A DNA stretch of 62,780 bases, filler included, from Rhabdomonas costata (lineage: Eukaryota): assembly GCA_019059605.1 (NCBI GenBank). It is 39 parts of 39 records of this genome, joined end to end, with 100 filler letters (N's around TTAATTAATTAA, not from the genome) between each part and the next. Parts side by side here need not be neighbours in the genome. Positions count along the whole stretch, not along the records: positions 1 to 1,513 come from JAHMHO010014097.1; positions 1,614 to 3,126 come from JAHMHO010014098.1; positions 3,227 to 4,739 come from JAHMHO010014099.1; positions 4,840 to 6,352 come from JAHMHO010014100.1; positions 6,453 to 7,965 come from JAHMHO010014101.1; positions 8,066 to 9,585 come from JAHMHO010014102.1; positions 9,686 to 11,198 come from JAHMHO010014103.1; positions 11,299 to 12,811 come from JAHMHO010014104.1; 31 more parts are not named here. One strand, given 5' to 3'. Positions 1 to 12,443 of the stretch are shown in pieces (positions within the stretch are counted from its first letter, which is position 1; each line of letters begins with the position of its first letter). A program made the position numbers and the translations under genes. The notes below the pieces were generated by a model, which had not been told where the DNA came from, did not search any database, and was given only the letters and a program-made list of their open reading frames with translations.

Positions 1-953
1 GTTGGGGGGGTGGGGGGGTGTTGAACGTTTAATGGCGTTAAACGTTTCGGAAATTGTTTGGGACAACATTAGTTTAGGGGTAGAAGCTAGCCCGCGGCGC
101 GGCCGGAGTATACTAAACGGGGAGGTGTCATGGGAGGGATCTTTCAAAAATATTGACTTTTGATGCTTAAAACATTAAAAGTAAACGCATTAAACGGTAA
201 AAAAACGTGTTCCACAAGTCATTTTCTCAGCTCGAAGATTTGGTTAACTGTGCCTGAACTCACTGGATGATTTTTTATAGCGAAAGGGGGTTACGTTTAT
301 TGTTCTACTGCCCCCTAGATGCCGACTTTTAAAACTTAATAAATTTGGACGGTGCTAAACGTCCCCCAAAAAATACATCAGCCCTTTTTCAGAGCAGTTT
401 GAGAGCACAGGTTATAGTGCTGAGTGGTACAGACTCAGGGCAGTCAGTGCAGCCTGATGTTTGGGGTTGAAGGTGCACGCCGTGCACCCGAGACACACCC
501 ATTTCACCTTCAAATGACTGTTATTTACGCCGAAACTTCGATTTTGCACAGTTTAACTAAAAGTCTGTAAGGACCGAAGGACCGACTTACTCCAATAATC
601 GCAGCGCCTTCAGCGCGCAGAGCACACTTTCCTGCCGCAGTTTGCCCCCACAGGCGGAACCCTTAACTATCGGCTGCGCTCATCCCCACGTACACTACAA
701 CTTTGCCACAAAAATACGGTACAAAGACTTCTCTCCGTTTCCGGGTGGAGCAAGCATTATTTGCATTGCAACCGTGCATATTTTTTCTGCCATCTGCGCA
801 AGTGGATGTGGATGTGAAAGGATGTGCCGGTGTGCGTTCATGGTGCAGAAATATATTAGCATCGCCATCCTGAAAATTCTCAGTTGGGAGCGAAGGGCAC
901 GTGCGTTGAATTCCAGAAATACAGGGAAAGGGGGCTTTGGAAGGGACTGGGAC

Positions 954-1067
954 CGGCGCCCGCGTGGTGGTCCTCGTCAATAACGTAACCACGGGGGTAC
1001 ATCGGAGGGGGGCCGAAGTAACCCCTGTGGGCAAGCACCTCCTGCGCAAGCGCATGGGTCACGTTTG
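954..1067 (-). CDS. isolated internal exon, hypothetical protein (NVTHALAQEVLAHRGYFGPPPMYPRGYVIDEDHHAG)
   Basis: Poly-T plus AG acceptor, GC-rich codons and a GT donor. No family recognised. Confidence 0.35.
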
Positions 1068-1228
1068 CTAAAAAAAAACTGAGCACCGATTTCAAAACAA
1101 GAAACGACGAAGTTTCGTTGTGCGCGGCTGAACTGAAGCTGTGAAACATTTTAAACAGAATGGTGTGACAGCGGATCAACTTTGGTGCGACGGGTTGAGT
1201 AGATTCGAGAGTCCTTTTCTTTCGTGCA

Positions 1229-1258
1229 CAAACTTATGCAAACTTATGCAAACTTATA
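1229..1258 (+). repeat. 10-bp tandem repeat (CAAACTTATG) x3
   Basis: Seen directly; the last copy has one mismatch. Confidence 0.9.
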
Positions 1259-3511
1259 CACCGTCCCAGTCACTAAAACCAGGTTGAGAAGATTCGAGTC
1301 CGTCATGGGCGGTTATGTTCCGAGTTCCTGTTAGGGTTTCGACGCACAAAAATTTCAGCATGATCTTCTCGACGATATCAAAAGTTCCGCTGCTTAAAAA
1401 CGTTCTCCTTTGACCACGACATTACACAACACACAGTATCGCCATGGACATGTTTATTTTACCCACCCAGGAAATGGTCAGTAATCGTCGCTTGCCAATG
1501 TTTCCAAACGCCCNNNNNNNNNNNNNNNNNNNNNNNNNNNNNNNNNNNNNNNNNNNNTTAATTAATTAANNNNNNNNNNNNNNNNNNNNNNNNNNNNNNN
1601 NNNNNNNNNNNNNGATATATAGGGAGGGAGAAAGGAAGGAATATCGTTAGGGTCCCCTCCATGAACGGGCCTCGTATCGCTCATGTCACGACAGACTTGG
1701 CCGAAAAAAAAAGACGGTTCGGAGGGCGTCTGTCGTCACATGACGCACTTGACGCCACCCTACTCGTCTTCCTCTCACACTTTTCCCTCAGGATGAGATC
1801 ATACCGATTGCAGCGAATCGCTCCTTCACCGCCATCTTTTTGATCTCCGGAGTCTTCTGAGCAGCCGCCATGTACGCCGAGTATGCGCTCACCTTCAAGA
1901 GGACGAGAAAAAAAACGCTAAACTGCAAGTGTCATTCCGTGAGACGTGCGCATGCGACCTTTCTGCAATCAGTCTGTTTCTTCTTCCAGATACACACATG
2001 TGGTGTATCGCGTCCCAGTAATTTGGAGAGAAGCAGTGAATTTGGAACTAAAAGGTAACTCTACCGTCTCCCATTGAGGTGATGCAGTACTTAGCATTAC
2101 GTATGCACTGCCGCTAAGACTTTTCCGGAACATTGGATTGACCTCCAAAGATCTCCAATGCCTTGAGAAAATTCGAAACAGATGCAGCGGGACACAATAA
2201 CCGGTCAAGTTGGTGACAACAATTTGACCTGTACACAGCCAGATGCTGTAGAAGGCACACGTACCGCAAAGCAGCGAAGCTGCCCATTCAAGACCCGGGC
2301 GGCCGCACGAGCGGAGAAGGACTGCATTTGGCTTCTGGGCCAAAGAAACAGACAGGGGGTTCACTGAACTGGAAACAACAGGCAGAGGGGACAGCCTTCC
2401 AGATGGAGCAGGGTTGATCCAGCTGTAGTACAAAGCTGACGGCCGGTTGCGAAGGGTGGCACAACTGCAAGTGGCGGTCACCAGGTCAGAAAAGGTACTT
2501 CAACTCGTTCTTCGTTTCAGTTCCGTTTAAGCATCATCTGCTCTCATCGAATCATTGAGAGTGGACCTTTACCGAGCTACAATCGTGGACAGAGGTAGAG
2601 GTAATTTTTGAACGTGACCACCATGCGGAATAGAATAGGCGAACGCTACCCCCGCACGCAACATTTGGTGTATGTTTCCACTTTCCCACCAACACCTCGC
2701 TTTCTGTTCTCAAGACCTCACTTCGTCACGAACCATACGGAGCGCACACCTCGACCACCTGCGCGTAAGCAGCTCATGGGTTACGTACAGACGCAAGCCA
2801 AATCTATCGTAAAAGCAAAGTCAATCCCACAGCAGCACTCATCACATTCACCAGCAGGTCCATCACTCACTCAATCGGATGAGATGAAGCTCTGGGTAAG
2901 GCTTTAGAGGTCAGTGCAACATACTGAGTGATTGAACCTGTCTGATCAGGCACCAGTCAAGGTCTTCCTCACCACCAGCCCACTGTGTTCTCTCATCCTA
3001 CGCGTGGCAATACAGGACGAAGCAGCCAACTTCTCCACCTACCGCATGAGCGCAACGAACCCAAGGCAACAGCCACGGGGTCTGCACAGGCTCTTCCACA
3101 ATCTCCCAACCAAAACGAAGGATGTGNNNNNNNNNNNNNNNNNNNNNNNNNNNNNNNNNNNNNNNNNNNNTTAATTAATTAANNNNNNNNNNNNNNNNNN
3201 NNNNNNNNNNNNNNNNNNNNNNNNNNAGCTAATTCATCTGCGTAGATATCGGCTGCCTTAATGCACGGACGATGTCCAGTCTATGCAGCAACCAATCTGA
3301 ATTTTTCCCAACGATTCCGTCTGGTTCGAGCATGGCGGGTTTCCTTATGCCGTGAGGCCACCCCTCAACTGACACCAGTGGAATCCGAAATGGTATCATT
3401 ATGCACTGAGCAACGCCTGTCCTGAGCGTAGCGCCTGCATATACTTTCATTTTCGCTCCCACTGTGCATTCGTTTCCCCCTTTTTTTTGTGACAGCGGCA
3501 CGGCAAAAAGA

Positions 3512-4132
3512 ATGTGGGTTTTGCTGCTGCCCAGTATTCAGGAAGCACTTGTTGTCCCTTCCTGGATTATTATGCCTGTGTGCTTTCTGTTCATTGGTAC
3601 CGCTGGGATTTGTGTTTACACCTCCCAGTTCTACTTTCGCCCCAGTGAGCCGTTTTCGCGGATCCTTCTCAAGGTTCGCAGTTGTGCGTCGTGTATATTT
3701 TCCGCGCCTCGCGAATCTTCGTTTTGTTACAGCCGGTAAGCGCCTTTTGGACGCATACGAACCGTCATTCAGGTGGAAAGAAAGCTATTTTTGTGGAACT
3801 GGTTCCGCTAAATTGAGAGAAAATCAATGTTATGTTTGGCACAACAAAGCAGTGGCCTTACAGTCATTCTTCACCGTAGCACACGGCTTCCTGCGTGTAA
3901 AATTCACACGAAAAGGATCAGAACGTGCTTTCACCTGAATGGTTTGCAGTGTGTGTTTTCTTGCCGTCTCAGGTGGTCTCGGTGGCCGCGGTCTGTGCAC
4001 TGCTGGCCATGCCATTCGTTTTAAGGGCCTTCTTTGCAGTCCCACGGCATTTGCTTCTCCTTTGGTCTGGATTATACGTGGTCATCTCTTCGATGAAGTG
4101 CCTTGAGTGCACCTTGAATCTTGCGCCCCAAG
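3512..4132 (+). CDS. N-terminal fragment of a multi-pass membrane protein, possibly MBOAT/wax-synthase-like (exons 3512-3673, 3973-4132)
   Basis: Phase-0 GT-AG intron 3674-3972 joins hydrophobic exons: MWVLLLPS...SRILLK|VVSVAAVCALLAMPF...SSMKCLECTLNLAP. The family guess is weak. Confidence 0.5.
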
Positions 4133-4928
4133 GTCTGCGTCTGCCCTTGGCGTTTTGTTTGTAAGGATTTTTCCCATAACGTAACGAGGTGCGAAAGAAA
4201 TATTGGATTTAATGTAGGGGAAGTTGTCGATGTGTTGTGTTTTTGCGCGCGCGTTATTTTTCAGATTTTATTTGCTGAGTCGAAGTCCAGGTTGTCTCTC
4301 TCTCCCTGGAGGCATAGGGGACCCACCCCCTTGGTTCCAAAATGGGCTGTCCAAGATGAAAAAATCGATCCAATCGACCCGACGTTGGGGCGTATTTTTT
4401 TGTGGCTTGGGTAACGGCGAGGCAAATCTCCTTGAAAACGACCTTTTGGCCTTGTGGGGGGGGGGGGCGTTGATCAAAATGAGTCAAATCGATCTCTTGG
4501 TTAAATGAAAGGGAGATCTCGGTATCACAGGAGAGCGGGGAGTGTAACACCCCCGAGATCGGATATGCGCTAAAAAGGCAGCAACCCGGGAACCCGACAC
4601 ACTTCATAAAGTGTTAACCTGGGGGCAAGAGACAGTTGTCTTTCCTTTGGTAACGGACTACCGCTGGCGTGCGCCACCGTTACCTATCTTCAGTGGCACT
4701 AGCCTCCCGTTCTAACGAGAAAGCTTTTTTAGCGCATATNNNNNNNNNNNNNNNNNNNNNNNNNNNNNNNNNNNNNNNNNNNNTTAATTAATTAANNNNN
4801 NNNNNNNNNNNNNNNNNNNNNNNNNNNNNNNNNNNNNNNGTTGGTTTTTTGATTCAGCGTTTTTGGGCCTTGAACGGGTGATTGTGTGCGCTGTCTGCTT
4901 TATGGCGCCTTTCTCGTTGCCCACCGAG

Positions 4929-6248
4929 ATCCACTCCGATCTCAAGGCTTCAGAGAAGGCGAACGTTCTACTGCAGTTCATGAGTCTTAGTTTAACCCCT
5001 GCACTGAAGTCTCTGGGCCCAACCACCGCAGACTCCTCGCGGATGGTGAAGAAAGTGGCAACCCGGATTGAGAAGCTGAAGGTTTTCTGTGAGAGTGCTG
5101 TTCTTCCTCGTTCGTACTGTAATTACAGTGCTGACCCCTGCTGCTGCAGAAGTGCCGTGGTTTCTCAATGCTCAAAAAAAAAAAGAGCGCTTTTCCGTAG
5201 CTTTAACATCTACCTGGTATTTTTCCTGCCATGCAGTAAGATTCGACAGTTCTGCACTCACCGACATGTAGGATTGCATCCGCAAAAGACCCCAGGCCTG
5301 CTTCGGCTTAGCCCTCCTTGGATTCTCATTGCATCCGGGAGCTTTTTATGCCACCTTCACCCACGTTATTTTGCATATTTTGAGACTGCCCCCCTTGACC
5401 CGGACGTCATTTGCCTTGACGGATGGCTGGGCGCAGCGGTTTTTTTTTTGCCAGTTTCTTTTTCAACGCTCGCTTCTGGTCGCAATCAGGCCCTTTATTA
5501 CTGAGGGGGCACACAGCAGCAAACACACAGATCTAGGATTTATGTACCAACCGCTCAGGAGGTGCAGACCAACCGCTCCATCGACGCCGCGGTGCAGGAG
5601 CTGTGCGGAGTGTTGAGCTGGTTGAATGTCCAGTCCTTTCCGGAGGCTAGCTGTGCCTGCGCCGCTGGGGAGACTGAAATGTCGGCAGAGGCCAGGCCAG
5701 TGGTACCATCGGAGGAAGGTGGCGGAGATGGTGATGATGGCAACTGCACTCACTTCAGTTGGATGCTAGCCCTTATCGCTTTAAAAGGATTATTACCGCA
5801 CTTGGCGAAGGAAAAGCGTGTCAGATATGGTCTGTATTTTGTCAAAACCAGCCACAGTTGACCCATGTTCATCGTTCAACATTCTTCATTGGTTTTGCTG
5901 ATTCGACGCACTGGAGCCAAGGGCAGTATCCGGCTCAGTTTTTTCGCTTGTGTCGCAAGCAAAAAAAAATAGTTTTGAGAATATTTATTCGATAGCTTCA
6001 CGGTCCCCCTTTTCCTATGGTAGGTCCTGAATTAGCATCCAACTGATGCATCTCGGTAGGCACTCCCTCAGAGAAGTCCCGGCGGCAGCGGGAATCGTCG
6101 CCATGCCTGAGGCCCCTGAAGGGGACGTTCAGTCGCCCCCCACGCAAGAAGCGGCAAAGTCTTTGGATGTGGCCGTTTCCACGACCCCGCTTCCTCCGCA
6201 ACTGATTAGGAGACTGGAGAAGCTGGACAATATTCAGCGCAGCAGCCG
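4929..6248 (+). CDS. hypothetical protein, spliced fragment (exons 4929-5081, 5559-~5739, ~6072-6248)
   Basis: Phase-0 GT-AG intron 5082-5558 gives IEKLK|EVQTNRSIDAAVQELCG. Later boundaries are uncertain. Confidence 0.45.
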
Positions 6249-8065
6249 GTGTGCGCCGACACGTGCAGATTCAGGAACGAATAACCTTGCCTTACACACC
6301 AACAACAACCCCGGAACCACCGTCACGTGACTTCATCGCTAGGTTGTACCATNNNNNNNNNNNNNNNNNNNNNNNNNNNNNNNNNNNNNNNNNNNNTTAA
6401 TTAATTAANNNNNNNNNNNNNNNNNNNNNNNNNNNNNNNNNNNNNNNNNNNNGTTTTGGGTTTCTGATAAAAAAGATTGTGAAGTCGACGGAAACGGCCG
6501 GGGCCGAGCCAAAAATTTTCGCGAGTGAAACCACCTAGACACCTGTCCTGTGGATAGCCCCCACATGCTCACCTGGGGTAGAGCAAAACACCTCCCCCCG
6601 ACATTTCAACTACTTCGCGGAGACAAAAAAGCTCAGCTCAAGTGTCCACTGACAGACACACGCACACGGACATTTCCCCGTTGGCCTTGCATACTAAACC
6701 CGACACTACACTACGAACGTTCGTACCTGACTTCGTTTCGTTTCGGGAACAGAGTTATTTTCCGTGCACGGTTAAGTCAAGTGTGTCGGTATTCACTCTG
6801 CGATGCGGAACGTTTTTTTTTCGGCTCTCGATAGCCAAAAGTCAGGGGGTTTGTTAGGTGGGAGTGTGGGGAAGTAGGACACAAAGGGCGAAGGAAAAAG
6901 GGCGCCTCCGCAGCTTTGTCGCAGCTTTGTTTTGTGTACTTCAGCTTCGGATTAGATGAGGATACATTTTCAAACGAGTTAAACTATTTGATCTCTGATG
7001 TTTGTAAGAATCGGAGGGTCAACTGTCGTCCCCCAATAACCCCTCCCCAATACAGCTATGCGTTTTAGTTTTTAGTTTTAATCTAGTAACCGTAATCCGG
7101 GCATTTACTCCCCATTATCTGAGCATTTCTTCCCTTGGAAAGCCAGCACACTTCAAACTGTGGTTCAAGAGGTCCTTCCAGAAATTGACTGAGCCTCCGG
7201 TGCCACAGAAAAAAGCAAAACCTCCTCGAGAGCAAAATTTCTGGCAGACCCTTCCTCTATTGTGTCACTTGCCATCCTGGGTACGTGGGCGTGTGGACAT
7301 CGAAGAGCCATTTTCGCTTTCTGTAGCGCTCCATTTCCACCATCGCACAAAGTGCGCTGCATTGTGTTCTACTCTTTCTCTTTTTTGTCTGCTCGCGTGG
7401 CGTAAGGGTTTGGATTCCTTCCCCCCCTGCCACTTCCCTCTTCAGTAACCTCTTTCTGGAGTCGTGAAATGTGCCTCTGAATGTCCCTGATTCCGTCTGG
7501 GTAGGGACACATGTGTTTGCATATTCCGGCAACCCTGATGAAAGAAAACCACTCGATTGGTTTGCAGTGCTGCAATGGATCAGCTGTGTGTCGAGCCTTT
7601 GAGTTTCTCCCCGGGCGAGGTTGGGCTGTAGCTCGCTAGTGTTTTCCACCCGCAACCCTGTCCTTCTCTGACCCTGCACTGCTGTGTGTTCCTTTTGGTG
7701 TTTTGCTTCGTGCTTTGTTGATGTGATCTTATTTTTTTTACGGCTGAGAAAGAAGCCGAGGCCACCATACAGTATCGTTTGCATTTTCTGCGGGAAAAAA
7801 CCGCCCACAGCGCCGCCAACATTTTCAAAACAAGGGTAAAGTGGCGCTCGAAAACCAGATACCCGCAGCCTGCCGCTGTGACGCCCAAAGGCCTCGCACT
7901 TACCTCCCTTTTCTTCGCTCAGGGGCGTATTGCGCCAGTGGAAATTTTCCAGGAAGGATTTGTTTNNNNNNNNNNNNNNNNNNNNNNNNNNNNNNNNNNN
8001 NNNNNNNNNTTAATTAATTAANNNNNNNNNNNNNNNNNNNNNNNNNNNNNNNNNNNNNNNNNNNN

Positions 8066-8339
8066 TGTGCCACCTGAGGGTTCTTCGACCACTTCAGAGG
8101 TGCCTCCAGAGGAGCTGCACAACCACCCCCGCCTGAAGACAGCTCAAGCGGCAGTGCTGCAGCACTTGAGGGACAGTCCAGGCTCGCACCTCGTGGCCGT
8201 GCTGCCAACCTCGTATGGAAAGTCGCTGATCTTCCAGGTCGCGGCTTACAAGCTGGGGTTCACGTTGGTGGTAACCCCTTACGTGGCTCTGATGCAGGAC
8301 CAGGTCTGTCAGTTGAAACAGAAGTTCCCTCAAATTAAG

Positions 8340-8370
<31 letters not shown>

Positions 8371-9585
8371 CGTGTGCGTGCGCGCGCGGAGAATGAGAGC
8401 TTTCTTGCCCCCCCCCCTCCCGTTCCTGTTGTCGGGGCAGTCTTTTAGTTGCTCTGTCTCAACCCATCAACCCATAGCTTGCCATCGAGCCATCCGATTA
8501 GGAGACGATTTGCCTCCTCACCCTCCAACTGGTCAACTCGGGGAGGCCTTGTCCTGTGTTCCTCGTGCTGCAGGTCTGCCAAACGTTCAATGCCCTGGAA
8601 CACTAATTTGGAATAACTGTACCATGAGCCTCCGGTTATGAGACGGGTGTCCGTTTCTTCCTTCCGTCGTTCCTGCCTTCTTCTGTGACCAAACCAGAGT
8701 TTCCGAAGCAAACGGTTTCCATTTGGAATGGAGTGCGGAAATCGAAATGGGGGAGGGGAGTTCTGTATACCACACCGACACGACAACATAACATACGTAT
8801 ACCGAACGTCATATAAGCCTTGCTGTGGCGCCCAAACGGCAACTGACGTCCACTTATTTTAGGGGTCCTGTGTCATCAGATCTGGAATTCTTAATCAATT
8901 GGTAGCCCACCTGATGTGCCAGCTCAGTTGTATGTATGTGCAGGCCGCCATGCTGAGCCGGCAGCTGCCCGACGCGGAGCGCTACGCCGTGGCGGAGCGC
9001 GTGCGCCATCGCGACCTCCACCTGCTGTACGTTGCCCCAGAGCGCCTGCAGCACAGCCGCGAGTTGTGGGAGCTCCTCCTCTTCCACAGCCCTCCTTCCT
9101 TGGTCGTGGTCGATGAGGTGCACGCCGTGGAAGAGCAGAGGTGAGTGTGGGGCCATCTTCCCTCATTTTACAGAGACCCGCCTTTGCAGGTTAAGTTTGC
9201 CCTGTACTGTTTATAACAGTGACTTTGGGGGACGCACGGGCCATCATTCTCAAACAATGTTCACACACTGTCCTCGGCTCACCAGTCGACTCGCTGGAGA
9301 TTTTTTCCCGGCTTAATGAAAACCCTCCTTTGCAAGCGCTACCACCGGTACTTTCGCTGAGAATCTCATGTCATTGCTTTTTCCTGTCCTAAATTGTTCA
9401 TGCACGAACTCAGAACACTCTGCTCGTTTCCCTCTTGGTAACACTTGCCATCGACCCCCCTCCCCAATACACACGCCGCGACACTCACAGAGGCTTTCGG
9501 CCCTCCTATGGCCTAGTGGCGCAGCTGCTACGCCATCTCGAAGCGCGCCGCACCCCGTGCACCGTGCTCAGCTTCACCAACCACC
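8066..9585 (+). CDS. RECQ: RecQ-family ATP-dependent DNA helicase, partial (exons <8066-8339, 8944-9140, 9491->9585)
   Basis: Motif I LPTSYGKS, motif Ia TLVVTPYVALMQDQV, LLYVAPERL, motif II VVVDEVH and FRPSY. Two GT-AG introns with matching phases (0 and 2). Confidence 0.93.
8340..8366 (+). repeat. (GT)n microsatellite starting at the RecQ intron donor
   Basis: About 13 GT units beginning at the GT donor. Confidence 0.95.
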
Positions 9586-9688
9586 NNNNNNNNNNNNNNN
9601 NNNNNNNNNNNNNNNNNNNNNNNNNNNNNTTAATTAATTAANNNNNNNNNNNNNNNNNNNNNNNNNNNNNNNNNNNNNNNNNNNNTTT

Positions 9689-10675
9689 GTTTGGGTAGAA
9701 CTGAGTCTCGAGCATGCTTGTGAGCTTGCTGCTCGCTCTGGTTCAGAATGCCGATGAGGTTCCTGAGGAGATTGAGGAGGCGGACGAGGTCGAATTGCCA
9801 ACATCTGCTGGCCTTACTTTCCATCATCGCTCTCCTTCACGTGTCCACACTCCAAACTCCCTCAATCTAGCCACCTCAGCTCCACATGGCTGCTGATTGC
9901 GCTTTACTGGAGTCTACACTACGCACATGGACACACCGAGTGACGTCATTGAAGTCGACAGAGATCATCGATCGGCCTTCGTCGCCGCGGCGCAGCGTCA
10001 CAGTGCCGACCGTGTTTGCAGCTAAGAAAAGAACATGGCAAAAGACGTTTATTTTGTTCTGAAGTGTTGCAAACCAGCAATATATGGAAATAAATGGAGC
10101 GGATCAGTCCCAGGAAGAAAATCGCTGATTTATTGAATAAGGAAAACGCAACGTGCACAAGGCGCTGCTTTGTGGAGGACTTCTCAGATTTTCTCCACAT
10201 ATTCACTCAGATTTTCTCCACACATTCACTCACTCATACCAAGGACGCGGAAGCCGCCAACCTCAGGCGTTGAGTTTGGTTGAAATCTTTCCTGGAAAAC
10301 TGTGCCCCCCCCAAAAAAAAACATAACGAGAAAAACAAAAGCAGGAGAGATACTGGAGAGACCTCAAAAAGCAGGTGAAACAAACTTAACTCATCCAACT
10401 ATGTTTTTTCATGCGAAACACATCCATCCCCCCTTCACCTTCACCCTTCACAACCGGGCTGCCACAGCTTGAAACAGCCAACAAAAACCGTGCACTGGGC
10501 TGCACGAACACCTGGGGAGGTGCCCACAGGGGCGGGTAGACGATCCACTACTCCAGCAGATGTTGGCAGTTCGACCTCGTCCGCCTCTTCAATCTCCTCA
10601 GGAACCTCATCGGCATTCTGAACCAGAGCGAGCAGCAAGCTCACAAGCATGCTCGAGACTCAGTTCTACCCAAAC
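9689..10675. repeat. 123-bp inverted duplication (9689-9811 vs 10553-10675), 2 mismatches
   Basis: Reverse-complement match seen directly. The ORF track shows the same peptide on opposite strands. Confidence 0.93.
10183..10228 (+). repeat. 23-bp tandem duplication (CTCAGATTTTCTCCACAYATTCA) x2
   Basis: Seen directly. Confidence 0.85.
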
Positions 10676-11298
10676 TCCTATGCCTGCCGTGCCCCAACCT
10701 TTCGGTAAACGAGGCTTTGAATAATAGTGAAGGAGGAGGCATGCCTGTACGCGACTGACTGCTCCCTTACTGATGCGCTCCTCCTTTGCTGATCTGCAGA
10801 AGAAAGAAGAACACAAAGCCTGCAGTAAAGGAGAACTACAAAATAGAATATAGAATACATAACTCTGAACGTCAACCAGTGCGCTTGGGAAAACAGGAAA
10901 AGAGACAAAGCAAAAAATTCGAAACCCCATCGGTCCCGCAAACAAGACCAGCGCAACACATGTGTGTATTTTATGCAATAAATATAAACGTGGGCAAAAT
11001 TCCAGGAATCGAAGCCATATATTCAAAACCCCAACTATAATAGCACACTTTAGCTAGTGTCGTGCAGCAGCTCTGCAGCCACCATCTCACCAGAGGGCTT
11101 TGTATGCAGGCGCGCTGACTCACAGGCAGGAGAGCGGCTCGAGACCTGTACGTGGCACTCTTCAGCCGCCGCACCATAGCCTTCTCTTCCTCACACACNN
11201 NNNNNNNNNNNNNNNNNNNNNNNNNNNNNNNNNNNNNNNNNNTTAATTAATTAANNNNNNNNNNNNNNNNNNNNNNNNNNNNNNNNNNNNNNNNNNNN

Positions 11299-11422
11299 TG
11301 ATAGCTGAGAGGTCGCACGTACGCAACAACACGAGAGCGGGAGGCAGCTGACGCCACCTTCCGTTTGCACCAGCTGCCTCCCGCTCTCGTGTTGTTGCGT
11401 ACGTGCGACCTCTCAGCTATCA
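11299..11422. repeat. perfect 52-bp hairpin at contig start (20-nt loop), probable amplification fold-back
   Basis: 11299-11350 is the exact reverse complement of 11371-11422, and the contig begins at the arm end. Confidence 0.95.
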
Positions 11423-11815
11423 CTAAACCCTTCCGCCACTCCGCCGTCATCCCTCGATTCTGGCAGCGTTCTTCTCCCTAACATACGTTTTAGTAAGTTC
11501 GTTTTTTGGTTGTGAGAATGAAAACAGTTGTGTACTTTTCCCCCGTTGCCTTCTCCTGGGCCCCGGGAAACGAAAGTTTCCGAAGGAAACCGTGCTTATG
11601 CCGGTGAAGCGGAGTGAAGTGACAATCATGGGCTACGTTGATGCTACCTCGGTGGTTGAGGCGTAAAGATACCCATGATGTGAAGGCTAAGGGCTACTGC
11701 ATGACCCAAGATGCTGATGTAAGCCCAAGGGATGGTGATGCAACCGCAACCACTACCGAGCCATGATCAGCGTGACGGATACAGACATTATGACTAAGAA
11801 TGCCAAGATGCGTAC

Positions 11816-12443
11816 TTCTCCGTTCGGCATCCTCGTCAGTCCAACTCGAATGGCTCAAGAATAAGCGTAGGGTATTCCTCAATTTATTAAGGTCTGAAGA
11901 AGAAGAAGAGGCGGGGTGAGGCCCCGCAGTCACCCGGTCGCTACGCTCCTCGCTGAGTTTACCAGGTCGTCGATGTCGCTCCATCTCCTCCTAGATGCAG
12001 AACTCTTCGATGTCATGCCATCCCTTCTATCTATCACCCACAAGTTTTTTGGGGTACTGCACCTCCCCCTTAGCCAGCTGCGGCGTACAGCGCCTGCATC
12101 CCTCCCATGTTGCGGCACCCTGCGAGGTCTGAGGGTCCCTGGACGTATTTTGGGGTGTGTGCGTGATTGGGCAGTTGGGTTACATGCGCTCCGCGGAGGT
12201 CCCCACACACAGTATTTAGAAACAAGAAAACAAAGTAGGGGTGAAAGACGACGGGCAAGCAAACGAACAGAAGAGGGGGATAGGGCGCTTAACGTGACAC
12301 CAACCCAAAAGGATTCCGAAAGCGGAAGCGCAAACCTGTGAATATCCTCCGGCCACGAGAAGTTTTTCCACGTACGCGAACTCCTGAGAATCGCAAAACA
12401 AACGAGGGAGTAATGTGCAGAAGTCATTGTCATCCATGTCCAT
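11816..12443 (-). CDS. hypothetical protein N-terminus (exons 12443-12336, 11990-~11816)
   Basis: MDMDDNDFCTLLPRLF...GGYSQ|EEMERHRRPGK across a phase-0 GT-AG intron. Confidence 0.35.

Noticed and set aside
1558..1569. TTAATTAATTAA repeated every ~1613 bp as a CRISPR-like or regulatory repeat
   Set aside because: Always embedded in N runs; it is a synthetic six-frame stop linker.
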